In this document: positions 23,182 through 34,042 of the stretch, piece after piece | Layout: the number at the start of each line of letters is the position of its first letter | Position numbering within the stretch: the first letter of the stretch is position 1 | NCBI GenBank assembly: GCA_963823035.1 | Contig: CAWGKG010000024.1 | Coordinates: 26,936-90,935 of the forward strand | Direction of reading: 5' to 3' | Origin: an uncultured Gemmatimonadales bacterium | Lineage (GTDB): Bacteria; Gemmatimonadota; Gemmatimonadetes; Longimicrobiales; Gaopeijiaceae | Length of the DNA: 64,000 bases | Translations under genes and position numbers: made by a program | Notes under the pieces: model-generated | What the model was told of the DNA's origin: nothing | Databases searched by the model: none | What the model saw: the letters and a program-made list of their open reading frames with translations, nothing else

Positions 23182-23966
23182 CGGGCGCACGTCCTGATCT
23201 CGCTGTGGACCCAACTGATGGCGATGGCACACTCGAGCACCGGCGGCGTGCCCACCAGGACGAAGCCGTCGCCGCGGGGGGAGAAGCGCGCGATCACCGG
23301 GTGGTCGCTGAGCCGATCGGGCACGTCGTGGAAGGTGGTGGCGCCGAGCTCGAAGCTGTCGGCGCTCCCGTCGGTGATGCCCGTCTCCCGGAGGACCGCC
23401 TCGTTCACCAGGAGGGCCGGAGCGCCCAGCTCGAGCATCGCCGGGTAGATGTGGCCCTGGACCTTCACGTCCAGCGCGAGCACCACGCCGTGGTAGATGC
23501 GCAGGCGTACCGGCTCGGACAGCGCGACGCCCGGCCACTCCACCGCCCGACCGAAGGGCTTCAGCACCAGGCGCCCGCCCGGTACGTCGAAGAGGACGTC
23601 GTAGCCGCTGAGCGTGTTGTTGCCCACCAGGCCGTCCATGACCTGGCCGTCCACCGTGAGGGAGGCGTCGTAGAGCGTCTCGTGGTCCTCCATGTTCACG
23701 GGCACGCCGCCGAGCGTGAGGGCCTGCCCGCCGACGCGGGCCGCGCCCGACTCGGAGAGGACGGTGACCGCGGAGCCCGTGGACACCAGGAAGGTGAGCT
23801 CGTTGCCGTCCGCGGTGCGGACCGGGACCACCATGTGCCCCGCGCGGGCCGAGAGCGGGATCTCCACGGGCGACTGCGAAAGCGCCTGACCGGCCGCCGC
23901 CGCCATGGCCGTTGTGAGCAGGATGGTGGCACACACGGCTCCCCTTAGCATCGTCGTCGTACCCAT
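23178..23966 (-). CDS. Secreted two-lobed retropepsin-like protein with both catalytic Asp residues replaced
   Basis: Signal peptide; GHMVVPV..LTFLVSTGS..DGLVGNNTLSGYDVLFD and a second lobe AMLELGAP..VLVG; D-T-G sites read STG and ELG. Confidence 0.65.
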   Translation of the reverse strand: MGTTTMLRGAVCATILLTTAMAAAAGQALSQSPVEIPLSARAGHMVVPVRTADGNELTFLVSTGSAVTVLSESGAARVGGQALTLGGVPVNMEDHETLYDASLTVDGQVMDGLVGNNTLSGYDVLFDVPGGRLVLKPFGRAVEWPGVALSEPVRLRIYHGVVLALDVKVQGHIYPAMLELGAPALLVNEAVLRETGITDGSADSFELGATTFHDVPDRLSDHPVIARFSPRGDGFVLVGTPPVLECAIAISWVHSEIRTCAR

Positions 23967-24028
23967 CGTCGTCCCCCAGGCCAGGTGAGCCGTCGGGCGG
24001 TCGCAGGCCATTCGCGTCGGCGACCGTA

Positions 24029-24069
24029 ATCCTACAATGTGAGTATGCTCGAAGCTCACATTGTAGGAT
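24029..24069. promoter_or_regulatory. Perfect 15-bp inverted repeat, likely PadR operator
   Basis: ATCCTACAATGTGAG-N11-CTCACATTGTAGGAT, AT-rich, in the divergent intergenic region upstream of the PadR operon. Confidence 0.65.
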
Positions 24070-24234
24070 ACGCGGGAGGAGGCGCAAGAGCGATGCGCCG
24101 CGGCCGTCGTGCCCGCCGTCACGTGCGGCCTCCGGCCGGCGGCGGCAGCATCGCCCCGCCGTGCCATCCCTCCCGCGGGAGCCCGTAGGTAGGCGCCTCA
24201 CCCGTCCAGGTGTCCTCCGACGCCGGAGACGACC

Positions 24235-27200
24235 ATGACGTCTTCGCCTGCCCCTATCCTCGCGCGCGGCTCGTCGCGCTCCTCCTCCTCGCCGTCCTTC
24301 CATCGGCGCTGGCCGCCCAGGAGGCGGCGAGAGGCCGGAGCGCCCGTCGTGGGACGTCACGAAGGCGCGCGGCACCACCCGCGACATCGACTTCACCACC
24401 TCCGAGGGGACGTGGATGTCGATGGATCTCTCGCCGGACGGAACGTGGATCGTCTTCGACCTGCTCGGCCACATCTACCGCATGCCGGCCGCGGGCGGCG
24501 AGGCCACCGTGCTCACGCAGAACAGCGGCGTCGCGCTGAACTTCCAGCCGCGCATCTCGCCGGACGGGCGCTCCATCGCGTTCATCAGCGACCGGAAGGG
24601 CCAGTACAACCTCTGGGTCATGGACGCCGACGGATCGAATCCGCACGCGGTGTTCACCGACCTGAACGCGACGGCCGTCGAGCCCGCGTGGATGCCCGAC
24701 GGGAACTACATCCTCGTGAACCGGCGCCGACGCGGAGGCGGCGGGGCGGGCGAGGCGAGGGCAACGGCATCTGGATGTACCACAAGGACGGCGGCCGGGG
24801 CGTGCCGCTCGTGGGCGGCGACGGGCGCAACGGCGCCCCCTCCTGGCCGACGGTCTCCGCGGACGGGCGCTACCTGTACTACCAGGTCGGGATGGACGTG
24901 GACGACGACGAGCCGCTCTCGGGCTCGATGCAGCTCCGGCGCTTCGCGTTCAAGACCGGCGAGATCGTCGACATCACCGCGGGCGAGAGCAGCGGCGCGG
25001 CCGCGGGGCGCCTCTCGAGCGGCGGCGCGGCGGCGCCCGAGGTGTCGCCCGACGGACGCTGGCTCGCCTTCGCCCGCCAGATCCCGGACGGCACGCTCGT
25101 GTTCAAGGGCCACGAGTACGGTCCGCGCACCGCCCTCTGGATCCGCGACCTGAGGAGCGGGGCCGAGCGCATGGTCATGGACCCGATCGAGCCGATGGTC
25201 GCCTCCGGCTCGAAGACGCTCGGCGTGCTGCCGCGCTACCGGTGGGCGCACGACGGGCGCTCGATCCTGCTCATGCAGGGCGGCAAGGTGCGGCGGCTCG
25301 ACGTGGCCACCGGCGAGGTCGCCACGATTCCGTTCACGGCGAGCGTGCACCGCACGCTCTCGCAGATGGCGCGCAACGAGTTCCGCATCACCGACGGCCC
25401 GCTCGACGTGAAGTTCTTCCGCTGGCCGACCTCGACGCCCGATGGCCGCCTGATCGCCTTCCAGGCCGTGGGGCACATCTGGGTGCAGGACGGACCGAGC
25501 GGCACCCCGCGGCGCATCACGCCGGCGTCGTTCACGCAGCTCGAGTACGCGCCCACCTGGAGCCCGGACGGACGCACCCTGGCGTTCGTCACCTTCGAGG
25601 ACACCCTGCGCGGCGCCGTGTGGAAGGTGCCCGCCGGCGGCGGCGCGCCCGTCCGCCTGTCCCGCGACCCGGGCGACTACGTCGACCCGGTGTGGAGCCC
25701 CGACGGGCGCTCGGTGGTGGTCGCGCGCGGCGACGGCGCCACGGCGCGCGGGCGCACCATGACGCACAACGCGTACTACGACCTCGTGCGCTTTCCCGCC
25801 GCGCCCCCGGCGGCCGGCGACACCGGCGTCGTGGTGGCCACGGTCACCCGTCCGTCGGGAGCCTCGCTCTCCGGCGAGTCGCGCCGGCAGCTCGTGCGCC
25901 CGTCGTTCGGGCCCGAGGGGCGCCTCTTCTGGATCGACGAGGTGGCGGGCGCGGACGGCGCGGCGCGGGGGCACGGCGCTCATGTCCGTGAAGCCCGACG
26001 GCAGCGACAAGCAGGAGAACCTGAGCTTCCCCTTCGCCGACGAGATCGTGCCCTCGCCCGACGGGACGTGGGTCGCCTTCCAGGAGGGGGACAACGTCTA
26101 CGTCGCCCCCATGGCCTGGGGCGGGATCGGCGGCGAGGCGCAGCGCGTGGAGAAGCGGCGCGGGCAGTTCCCCGTCACGCAGCTCACGCGCGACGGCGGG
26201 CTCTTCCCCCGCTGGCGGGACGCGACCACCGTCGAGTACGGGAGCGGGCCCGCACTTCTACGTGCACCACATGGACACGGGCGCGACCGACACGACCACG
26301 CTCGCGCTCAGCGTTCCGCGCGACGTCCCCACGGGGAGCGTCGCGCTCACCAACGCCCGCCTGGTGACGCTGCGGGACCGCGAGGTGATCGAGCGCGGCA
26401 CGATCGTGATCCGGGGGAGCCGCATCGCCTGCGTGGGGACGTGCGACACCGCCGGCGTGGACCGCGTGATCGACGCGAGCGGCAAGACCATCATCCCCGG
26501 GTGGGTGGACATGCACGCCCACCACTACCGCGAGTGGCGCGGGATGCGGCCCAGGCACGACTTCGAGCAGGCGATCTACCTCGCGTACGGCGTGACCACC
26601 ACGCTCGACCCGTCGATGTACAGCCAGAACATGTTCCCCACCGCGGAGCTGATCGAGACCGGGGAGATGATCGGGCCGCGCGGCTTCAGCACGGGCGACA
26701 ACATCACGGCCGGCGACGCGACGCGCGCCAACGAGATCGAGAGCCCGGCCGACGCGCTCGCCATGGTGCGCAAGATGGCCGACTGGGGCGCGGTCACGAT
26801 CAAGCAGTACGCCCAGCCTCGCCGCGATCAGCGCCAGTGGATGGCGGAGGCGTCGCGCACCGTGGGGCTGAACGAGACGTCCGAGGGCGGCCACTTCATG
26901 GAGAACCTCGGCTTCATCATGGACGGCCAGACCGGCTGGGAGCACGCGTTCAGCGAAGTGCCCATGTACGCCGACGGCGCGAAGTTCTTCGGCAAGGCCG
27001 GCGCGACGTACTCGCCCACGCTCGTGGTGGCGGGGCCGGGCGCGTGGAGCATCGAGTACTGGTTCCAGGAGAGCGACGTCTGGAAGGATCCGAAGCAGCG
27101 CCGCTGGTTCCCCTGGCGGGCGCTCGTGCCGCAGACGCGCGTGCGCTGGCTCCGCCCGGAGACCGACTACAGCTACCCGTTCATCGCGCAGGCCATGGCC

Positions 27201-27612
27201 GACATCATCGCCGAGGGCGGCTGGGGCGCGATCGGCTCGCACGGCGAGCACCACGGCCTCGCCTCGCACTGGGAGGTGTGGATGGGCGCGAGCGCGCTGG
27301 GCCCCATGGGCGCGCTCGAGGTCGCCAGCCTGCACGGCGCGCACTTCCTGGGCGCGGACCGGGACCTCGGCTCCCTCGAGGTCGGCAAGCTCGCCGACCT
27401 CATGGTGCTGAACGCCAACCCGCTCGACGACATCCGCAACACGGTGGACATGCAGTACGTGATGAAGGGCGGCAAGCTCTACGACGCCATGTCGCTCGAC
27501 GAGATCTGGCCGGAGGCGATCCCGTTCGGGCCCTACTACTGGGTGAACGACGACGCAGCTCCAGCAGAACGCGAAGGGCGTGGACACCTTCGACCGGGGG
27601 ACGGGGCGGTGA
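24235..27612 (+). CDS. Secreted TolB-like (PD40) beta-propeller + amidohydrolase, frameshifted
   Basis: Signal peptide; EGTWMSMDLSPDG, many SPDGR repeats; GKTIIPGWVDMHAH; GSLEVGKLADLMVLNANPLDDIRNT. Confidence 0.9.
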
Positions 27613-27640
27613 GCCCCGTCCCCGCCCGCGCCGGCGTCGG

Positions 27641-29380
27641 CTACGTGGCGGCCGCGGCCTCCGCACCGGCGCCCGGTGCCGCTGGATGACGTCGAACTTG
27701 AGCCCCGACGCCCGGTCGCCGCGGCCGGGACGCTTCCTGCGCGCCATCCACACGTGCACGCGCCCGTCCGCGCCGCGGGCGCGCTCCCACCTCCGCGTCA
27801 CGCTCACGCCGCCGCGCGGCACCTCCTCCTCGTAGATGCGGAGCGCCCGGTCCGATCCCGACCAGCCGCCCCTTGGCGCCGACCACGGCGGGATCCAGCT
27901 CGTCCCAGCTCCCCATGCGCGCGCGGCGCAGGCGCATGTCGGCGCCCTGCCCCGTCCGCTCGGGGACGAGCGGGATCCACCAGGGGGGTACCGGGGACTG
28001 CAGCCGGTAGCGCCACGGCGGCTCCCCCTCCTCGCGGACCCGGGCGTGCGGCTCCGCCGCCGGCGCGCCCCTTCCCTGGGGGCGGCGCTTGAGCGCGCCA
28101 CCCGTGGGCAGCTCGACCGGGTGCTCGATCGCCCAGCCGAGGTTGGCCTGCTCGTCGCGCACGAGGGTGACGTGCTCGACGGGCTTCCCGTGCTGGCTGT
28201 CCGCCAGCGCGGGCGGCACCAGCAGCCAGGGCGCGACGCCCGGCGCGGCCGAGGCGTCGCCCTCCAGCTCGAAGAAGCGGAAGGGGCGCCGCTTACCGTA
28301 GCGGTCGTGGTCGTTCACCGCCGTGGCCTTCACCTCCGCGTCGCCGAACACGTCGATCACCTCGAGCCGCGTGACCCGGCTGAGCGTCGCGACGTCCACG
28401 GAGACGGGCACCACGAACCAGTCGTCGGAGAACACCGTCCCGTACTCGGCCACCACCAGCCGCGCCACGTCGGCCGGGCCCGCCGAGAGGTTGCCGAAGT
28501 AGACGCGCCGGTCCTCGAACTCCCACCAGCGCGGCGCGCCCTGTCCGCGGAACATCGCGGGCTGAGGGAGCAGCTCCACCGGCTGCGTCTCGGGCTTGCC
28601 CGACGCGAGCCCGTGCGAGGCTCCTTGCCGCGGCCACGCGCGAAGGCGTACCAGTCGAGGCGCCCGCCCGGGTACTCGTCCGCCTCCAGCACGACCTCGC
28701 CCTCCCCGGTCGCGACGCCGAGCGAGAAGCCGTACTCGAAACGCTCGTCGACCCAGCAGTCGCCCGAGACCCCGGGCTGATCGAAGCGGCCGGCGTACTC
28801 GGCCCGCCACGCCCGGAAGACCGCGAGCGCGTCCTCCTTGCGTCGCGGGGCGAGCGCCCCGAACTCGGCCTCCTCGAGCGCGTACAGGCGCCTGCCGTCG
28901 AGGCCACGCCGGTCGAGGAGGTCCAGACGGCGCCGCACCCGCTCGGGAAGGAGCGTCGAGTCGATGCCCTCGGCCTCGAGGTCGAACCCGAGCGTCGCGG
29001 GCCAGTCCACGGCCCGGCGCACCTCGCCGAGGTCCGCCAGCTCGAGGCGCCGCAGGAACTGCGCGCCCGCCTCGGCCGCCAGCCCGACGGCGCGCGGGCC
29101 CGTCGAGCACGGCCTCGGCCTCTACGCGGCACTCCAGCGGCCGACCGGTGCGGAGCGGCTCCACCTTCGCCCCCGGGGCGGCCTCGTTGCGGAACGTCAG
29201 CACCGGGCTCGACTGCACGACGACCCGCGCGTGGATCGGGCTGGCCGCGTCCTCGCCCTTGAACTCGCCGAGCTGCCACTGGCGCGCCATCATCCAGAGG
29301 GGATCGGCGATGCGCGCCTCGACGCTCTCCTCGAGGTCCTCGTCGGCGCTGTTCGGCTCCAGCCGGTTCCAGATCGTCAT
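27641..29380 (-). CDS. Conserved hypothetical protein D, copy 2 (~580 aa, frameshifted)
   Basis: MTIWNRLEP..LEESVEARIADPLWMMARQWQLGEFKGEDAASP; YPGGRLDWYAF; PRWWEFED; FSDDWFVVP; RDEQANLGWAIE; PPWWIPLVP; EEEVPRGG..RRWERARGADG..W..R...GRG...SGLKFD. Last gene of the operon. Confidence 0.75.
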   Translation of the reverse strand: MTIWNRLEPNSADEDLEESVEARIADPLWMMARQWQLGEFKGEDAASPIHARVVVQSSPVLTFRNEAAPGAKVEPLRTGRPLECRVEAEAVLDGPARRRAGGRGGRAVPAAPRAGGPRRGAPGRGLARDARVRPRGRGHRLDAPSRAGAAPSGPPRPAWPRRQAPVRARGGRVRGARPATQGGRARGLPGVAGRVRRPLRSARGLGRLLGRRAFRVRLLARRRDRGGRGRAGGGRVPGRAPRLVRLRAWPRQGASHGLASGKPETQPVELLPQPAMFRGQGAPRWWEFEDRRVYFGNLSAGPADVARLVVAEYGTVFSDDWFVVPVSVDVATLSRVTRLEVIDVFGDAEVKATAVNDHDRYGKRRPFRFFELEGDASAAPGVAPWLLVPPALADSQHGKPVEHVTLVRDEQANLGWAIEHPVELPTGGALKRRPQGRGAPAAEPHARVREEGEPPWRYRLQSPVPPWWIPLVPERTGQGADMRLRRARMGSWDELDPAVVGAKGRLVGIGPGAPHLRGGGAARRRERDAEVGARPRRGRARARVDGAQEASRPRRPGVGAQVRRHPAAPGAGAEAAAAT

Positions 29381-29388
29381 CGTCGGCC

Positions 29389-32300
29389 TCAGGCGGTGGC
29401 CTCCGTCTGCAGGGGGCGGGGGGAAGATGGCCGGGAGGTGGTGGCCCCAGGCCGAGAGCGCCTGCGGGCTGACCGCCCGCAGCCGCGCGTCCTCCAGCGT
29501 CTGCATGAGCGTGGCGACGACCAGGTCGAAGTCCCACGCGGTCTCTTCGTCGGGCGTGACCGCCAGCAGGAGGGCCTGCGGTGGACGCGAGGCCGGCGCG
29601 TCGAAGTGGAAGGCGACGCCCGTCGTCTGTCGCGTCGCGGGGATGCGCTCGACCCACTCGTCCACGAGCAGCCCGGCAGCCCTCCGCCCGCCGCGGCGCG
29701 CGATCCCGCCGTGGTCGACCGCGATCCAGTGCACGCGCCCGCCGTGTCGGGCTCGGGGAGGTGGTTCGCCACCCAGGGCTCGCCGGCCACGTCGGGACGC
29801 TGCCCGACCGCGAGGTCGCGACGACGCGGTCCTGGAGCGTCTCGCTCACCATCGTGGTCTCGTCGAACACGGCGGTGTCGGGGCGCACCCGGCCGGCCTG
29901 CGTCACGAAGCCCGAGATCGCGGCCGGGTCCCCACCGGTGAGGTGTCGCTCGCCGCGAAGAGCGCGTCGACCGGCTCGTCGCCGCTCGGGGTGAAGCGGG
30001 GCATGACCGGGAACGCACGTCCCAGGACGATGCGCACCACGCTCGTCGCGAGCGCCGATCCGGGCCTCGGGGGTGTCCTCCGCCTCCGCGGCCGCCGCGT
30101 GCGCCGTCGAGCGTCGCCAGGCGCCGCTCGACCTTGCGGCCGAGCGACCAGGCGGCGGACCACAGGCGGGCCGTGTCCGCTTCCGTCTCCGCGAAGCCCA
30201 CGACCGGGATCGCGCCGAGGAGCGCGTAGCCGGACAGCGCGCGCATCGCGTCGCGCACGACCTGCGGGCTCGCGGTGCCGATCGGGGTTCGGGTCCGCGG
30301 CGGCGTCCCGCTTCTCCGGAAGGAGCTCGAGGAGCACCTCCGCGGCCTTGCGGAAGGGCCCTTCTCGAGCGCCGGTCGCACCGCTTCATCATCGGGTCCA
30401 CCGGACGCCGGTGGCGGGGTCGCCCGGAACGCCGAGGTCGCGCGCGTCGAGCGCGCGTGACCGCCCGAGGAGGGAGCGCAGGAGACGCGCCGGCTCCACG
30501 ATCTCGGCCATCGTCACCCCGCCCTCCGGTGCGACGTCGAAGTCGATCTCGACGCGGAAGTCCTCGGGCGGCGCGAACGCCGAGCGCTCACGCAGCGTCG
30601 ACTCGATCCGCCGGCCCCACCTCGAGTCCTGCGTCGGGGTGGCGGTGGGCGCCTCGAAGACCGCGTCGAGTGCCGACATGCCCAGCTCGCCCATCGAGAT
30701 GGGCTCCCACGAGCGAGGCGTTCCCGCTGCCGTCGACCCAGCGGGTGTGCGCGTAGACGTTCGTGGCCGGCCCGAGCACCGTGCCCGCCCACGCCTCGAG
30801 GGCGGGATCGAAGGACGCCCGCGGGCCCTTCGCCCACCCCTCGCGTGCCGGTCGTGTCCCCCAGCAGGAGCACGACCCTGTGGGTCACGCCCACCCCGGT
30901 GACGGGGGTGCGCAGCCCGGCGAGCTCGGGAGGGGCCACCTCGCCCAGGTTGATCGCGTCGAGGGTGGCCGCCGCGCGGGTCATGTTCCCCTGCGCCACC
31001 TCGTGGACGCTCTCCGCGATGGCGGCGTCGCCGGCCGCGTCGAGCGGCGGACCCCACCGCCTCGAGGTGCTCCGTCAGGACGTCGGACGAACCGGCCGGC
31101 AGGTACTCCGCGGGCACGTCGGCGAGGAGCTTGTGCCGGCGTGCCGGTGCGGGCCCACAGGTCGAGGAGGTCGAGGCCGTCGACAGGGCCGCGCGGGTCG
31201 CGCGTGACACCCCCGTCGAGCAGGACCGCCCTGCGCACCGGATCGATCCAGGCGTCCAGCGTGCGTCGTGCAGCGCGCGCTCGAAGCGGTACCCGAGCGC
31301 CTCGCCGAGCCCCACGCCCTGCCGGACGCCGTCGAGGAGCCACGAGCCGGCGCGCACCCGGTCGCTGCGCAGGTCCACGGCCATCGCGGAGGCGTCGTCG
31401 GCCGTGCCGTGCGCGCTCCACCCCGACCGCAGGATGGCCGCGGTCGTGGCCTGCGGGATCGAGGGGGCGTGGATGAAGCCCTGGCTGTCGAGCGCGCTCG
31501 CCGCATCGGGCGCCAGGTCGATCACCCACCCGTAGCCCCCGAGCTGGAGGCCCTGGCCCGTCCGGCGCAGCTCGTCGAGGCGACGGCGGGCCATCGACGT
31601 GAAGTAGGCGTCCAGGCGGTGGCTCGCGAGACCGAGCGTCTCGCGGAGCCGGAGCTCGAGCTCGTCCTCGGGAAGAGTGGCGAGCGTATCGAGCGCGGCC
31701 CGATAGGCGTTCGCCTCGAGCGAGCCCACGCCGTCCACCACGCTGTCGAGGAGCTGGTAGAGGAGCGGCTCGGCGGTGTGGAACGCGACCGGCAGCGGAA
31801 GGTTGTCGCACGGTCCGGGAATGCCACCGCCACCGCCTCCCGGCTCCAGGTCGCCCGGGGCCTTCTTGCGCGCGCCCGACGCCCGTCGGGAAGCTCCAGC
31901 ACCGGACCGCCTGGTCGGGGATGCGACTCGACGAGCCCACCCGGCGACCCGGTCGCGGCAGCGACGCGCAGGTAATGCGTGGTCGTGGCGATGGTCGGAG
32001 TGCACGAGCGGAAGCTCGAAGACCGAGCTGTCCTCGTCGCGGCCGTAGATGCCGTAGAAGAGGGTCGGGTCGTCCACCTCGTCGGCCACGATCCCCGCGA
32101 AGTCGAAGTTGGCCGATCCGATGTCCAGCAGCGGCGACTGCCGCGCCCTGTGCTGCTCGACCAGCGTGATCATCGAGTCGATCCAGATGCGCGCCGCTGT
32201 CGCGATCCGTGGACGACGTCAGGAGCTGGTTCACCCGGCCGCGCAGACTCCTGGAGCGCCTCGATCTGCGCGTCGGCGCCCCTGAGCGAGGGCGCGTCGA

Positions 32301-34042
32301 GCGGCCCGAGCTCGCTCGTCGCGAGGTGCCAGGTGGTCGGCGCCGCCGAGGACCTCGAGCGCCCACCCCCAGCGCCCCAGCACGCTCAGCGCCTCGTAGC
32401 CGAAGGTGGGGTCGTCGAAGTACGCGAACGGGAAGAGCGCGGCGGCGAAGGCGTCGCCGAACTCGTCGATGCTCTCGGTGTCGGTGGTGCGCCAGCTACG
32501 CAGCTCCCGCACCAGGAAGCGCGCCGGATGGGGGAGGTTCGCGAGGATCTCCGAGAGCACCGAGTCCGGGTCGTTGCTCGCCGTGCCCCCGGACGCCCCC
32601 AGCACGGGGTCCATGCGCGGCACGACCGTGTCGGCCGCCTCGAGCCACTGCCCGCGGAAGAAGTGGAGCACGTACTCGAACCAGGGAGAGGCGTCGTGCC
32701 ACACCGTGGCCGGCTGCGAGTAGCGCACGGGGAGCACGCCGTACGGCTGCGCTCCGACGCGCAGGCCCGGAAGCGGCGCGCCGCCGCGCACGTCCGCGAG
32801 GAAGCGCCGCTTCAGGTCGGACGTGGCCGCGGAGGGGACGCACGAGGGCGTCGACTCCCCCGCGAGCAGGTGGTCGAAGTACTGCCCCCAGGTGACCGGC
32901 CACAGCACACGGTTCATGGCGTTCTGCGCGCTCTCCTCCTCGTCGTCGGCGTGCTCCAGCCGGTCGAAGAGCGGGTGGCCGGGGCTCCCGAGCGCCTTCC
33001 CCGCCCGCTTGCCGTTGCTGTCGCCGGCGGTGGCAGCGTCCGCCCCGTCCAGCTCCCGCGCGAGGAGCGCGAGCGCGTCGGGCTCGCGGAACGACCACGG
33101 CGACGCCACCTGGTCCGTGTTGTTCGTGGGCGTGCCCTGCGGCGCGAAGGCCACCCCGTCCGAGTAGAGGTGGGCCTGGAGCAGCTTCGTCAGCGCCCGC
33201 GCCCCCGCCGATGCGCTCCGCCCCGACACGCCCGACCACGAGGAGCGCGGCGAGGCCGCCGCTGGCCACGTCGGGGAAGTCCGCGAGGTCGATCGTGAGG
33301 GCCATCCCGGCCGAGACCGCCTCGTCGTAGTCGACCATCCAGGCCATCCCCTCGTCGACCGGGAGCGCCCCGTCCGGCGCGGTGGCGCCGTAGCTCGTCA
33401 GGTCGACGCCGGCCTTCAGGTCGTCGCGGACCGGGGCCGTCCACCGGACGAACTCCTGCGCGAGGCTCCCGTCCGCCGCGCGCGTGAAGCCGACCACCGC
33501 CCAGCGGTCGGGGAGGCAGGCCGCCCTCGGCGCCCGCGCCTCCTCGGCGCGTCGGGGGTGCCTTCTTGCGCTTCGGGTCCGTGTGGCGCGCCACCCACGC
33601 CGCCCGGCGGGCCGGGAGCTGCGTCGTCAGCCAGGTGCGTGCCGCCGTCCTGGCGGCCTCGTCGCCGGCGCCGTGCCGCCTTGCGCCAGGCACGCCAGTA
33701 GGCGCGACCGATCTTGATCTCGCGCGGCGTGAGCCCGGTGTCGTGGTCGTCGACGTGCACCTGGTCGGGGTAGACGCGCACCTTCAGCTTGCGCGCCTGC
33801 GTGCCCGTCGGGTCCGTGAACCGGGTCTCGATGCGCGCCGGGAGGAAGAGGACGGGGACGCCGTCGTCCAGCGCGGCGAAGGCCGCCGACCCCACGCCGA
33901 TGTCGGGGAGATCCCACCAGTCCCTGGGCCGGTCGATGACCGACGGCACGTCGAACGTCACGTCGGTGCGCCGCGCGTTCGGGGCGATGCGCTTCCGCTT
34001 GGGGCCTTTCATGGCTCTTCGTCCTCGTCGTGGGGCGGACAT
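29389..34042 (-). CDS. Conserved giant hypothetical protein C, copy 2 (~1550 aa, many frameshifts)
   Basis: PVLFLPARIETRF..KVRVYPDQVHVD; WMVDYDEAVSAGM; PQGTPTNN; LWPVTWGQY; RVGAQPYGVLPV; LRETLGLASHRLDAY; GFIHAPSIPQATTAAILRSG; LLDGVRQG..LGYRFERALHD; DEWVERIP..TTGVAFHFDAP..RPPQALLLAV. Confidence 0.75.
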
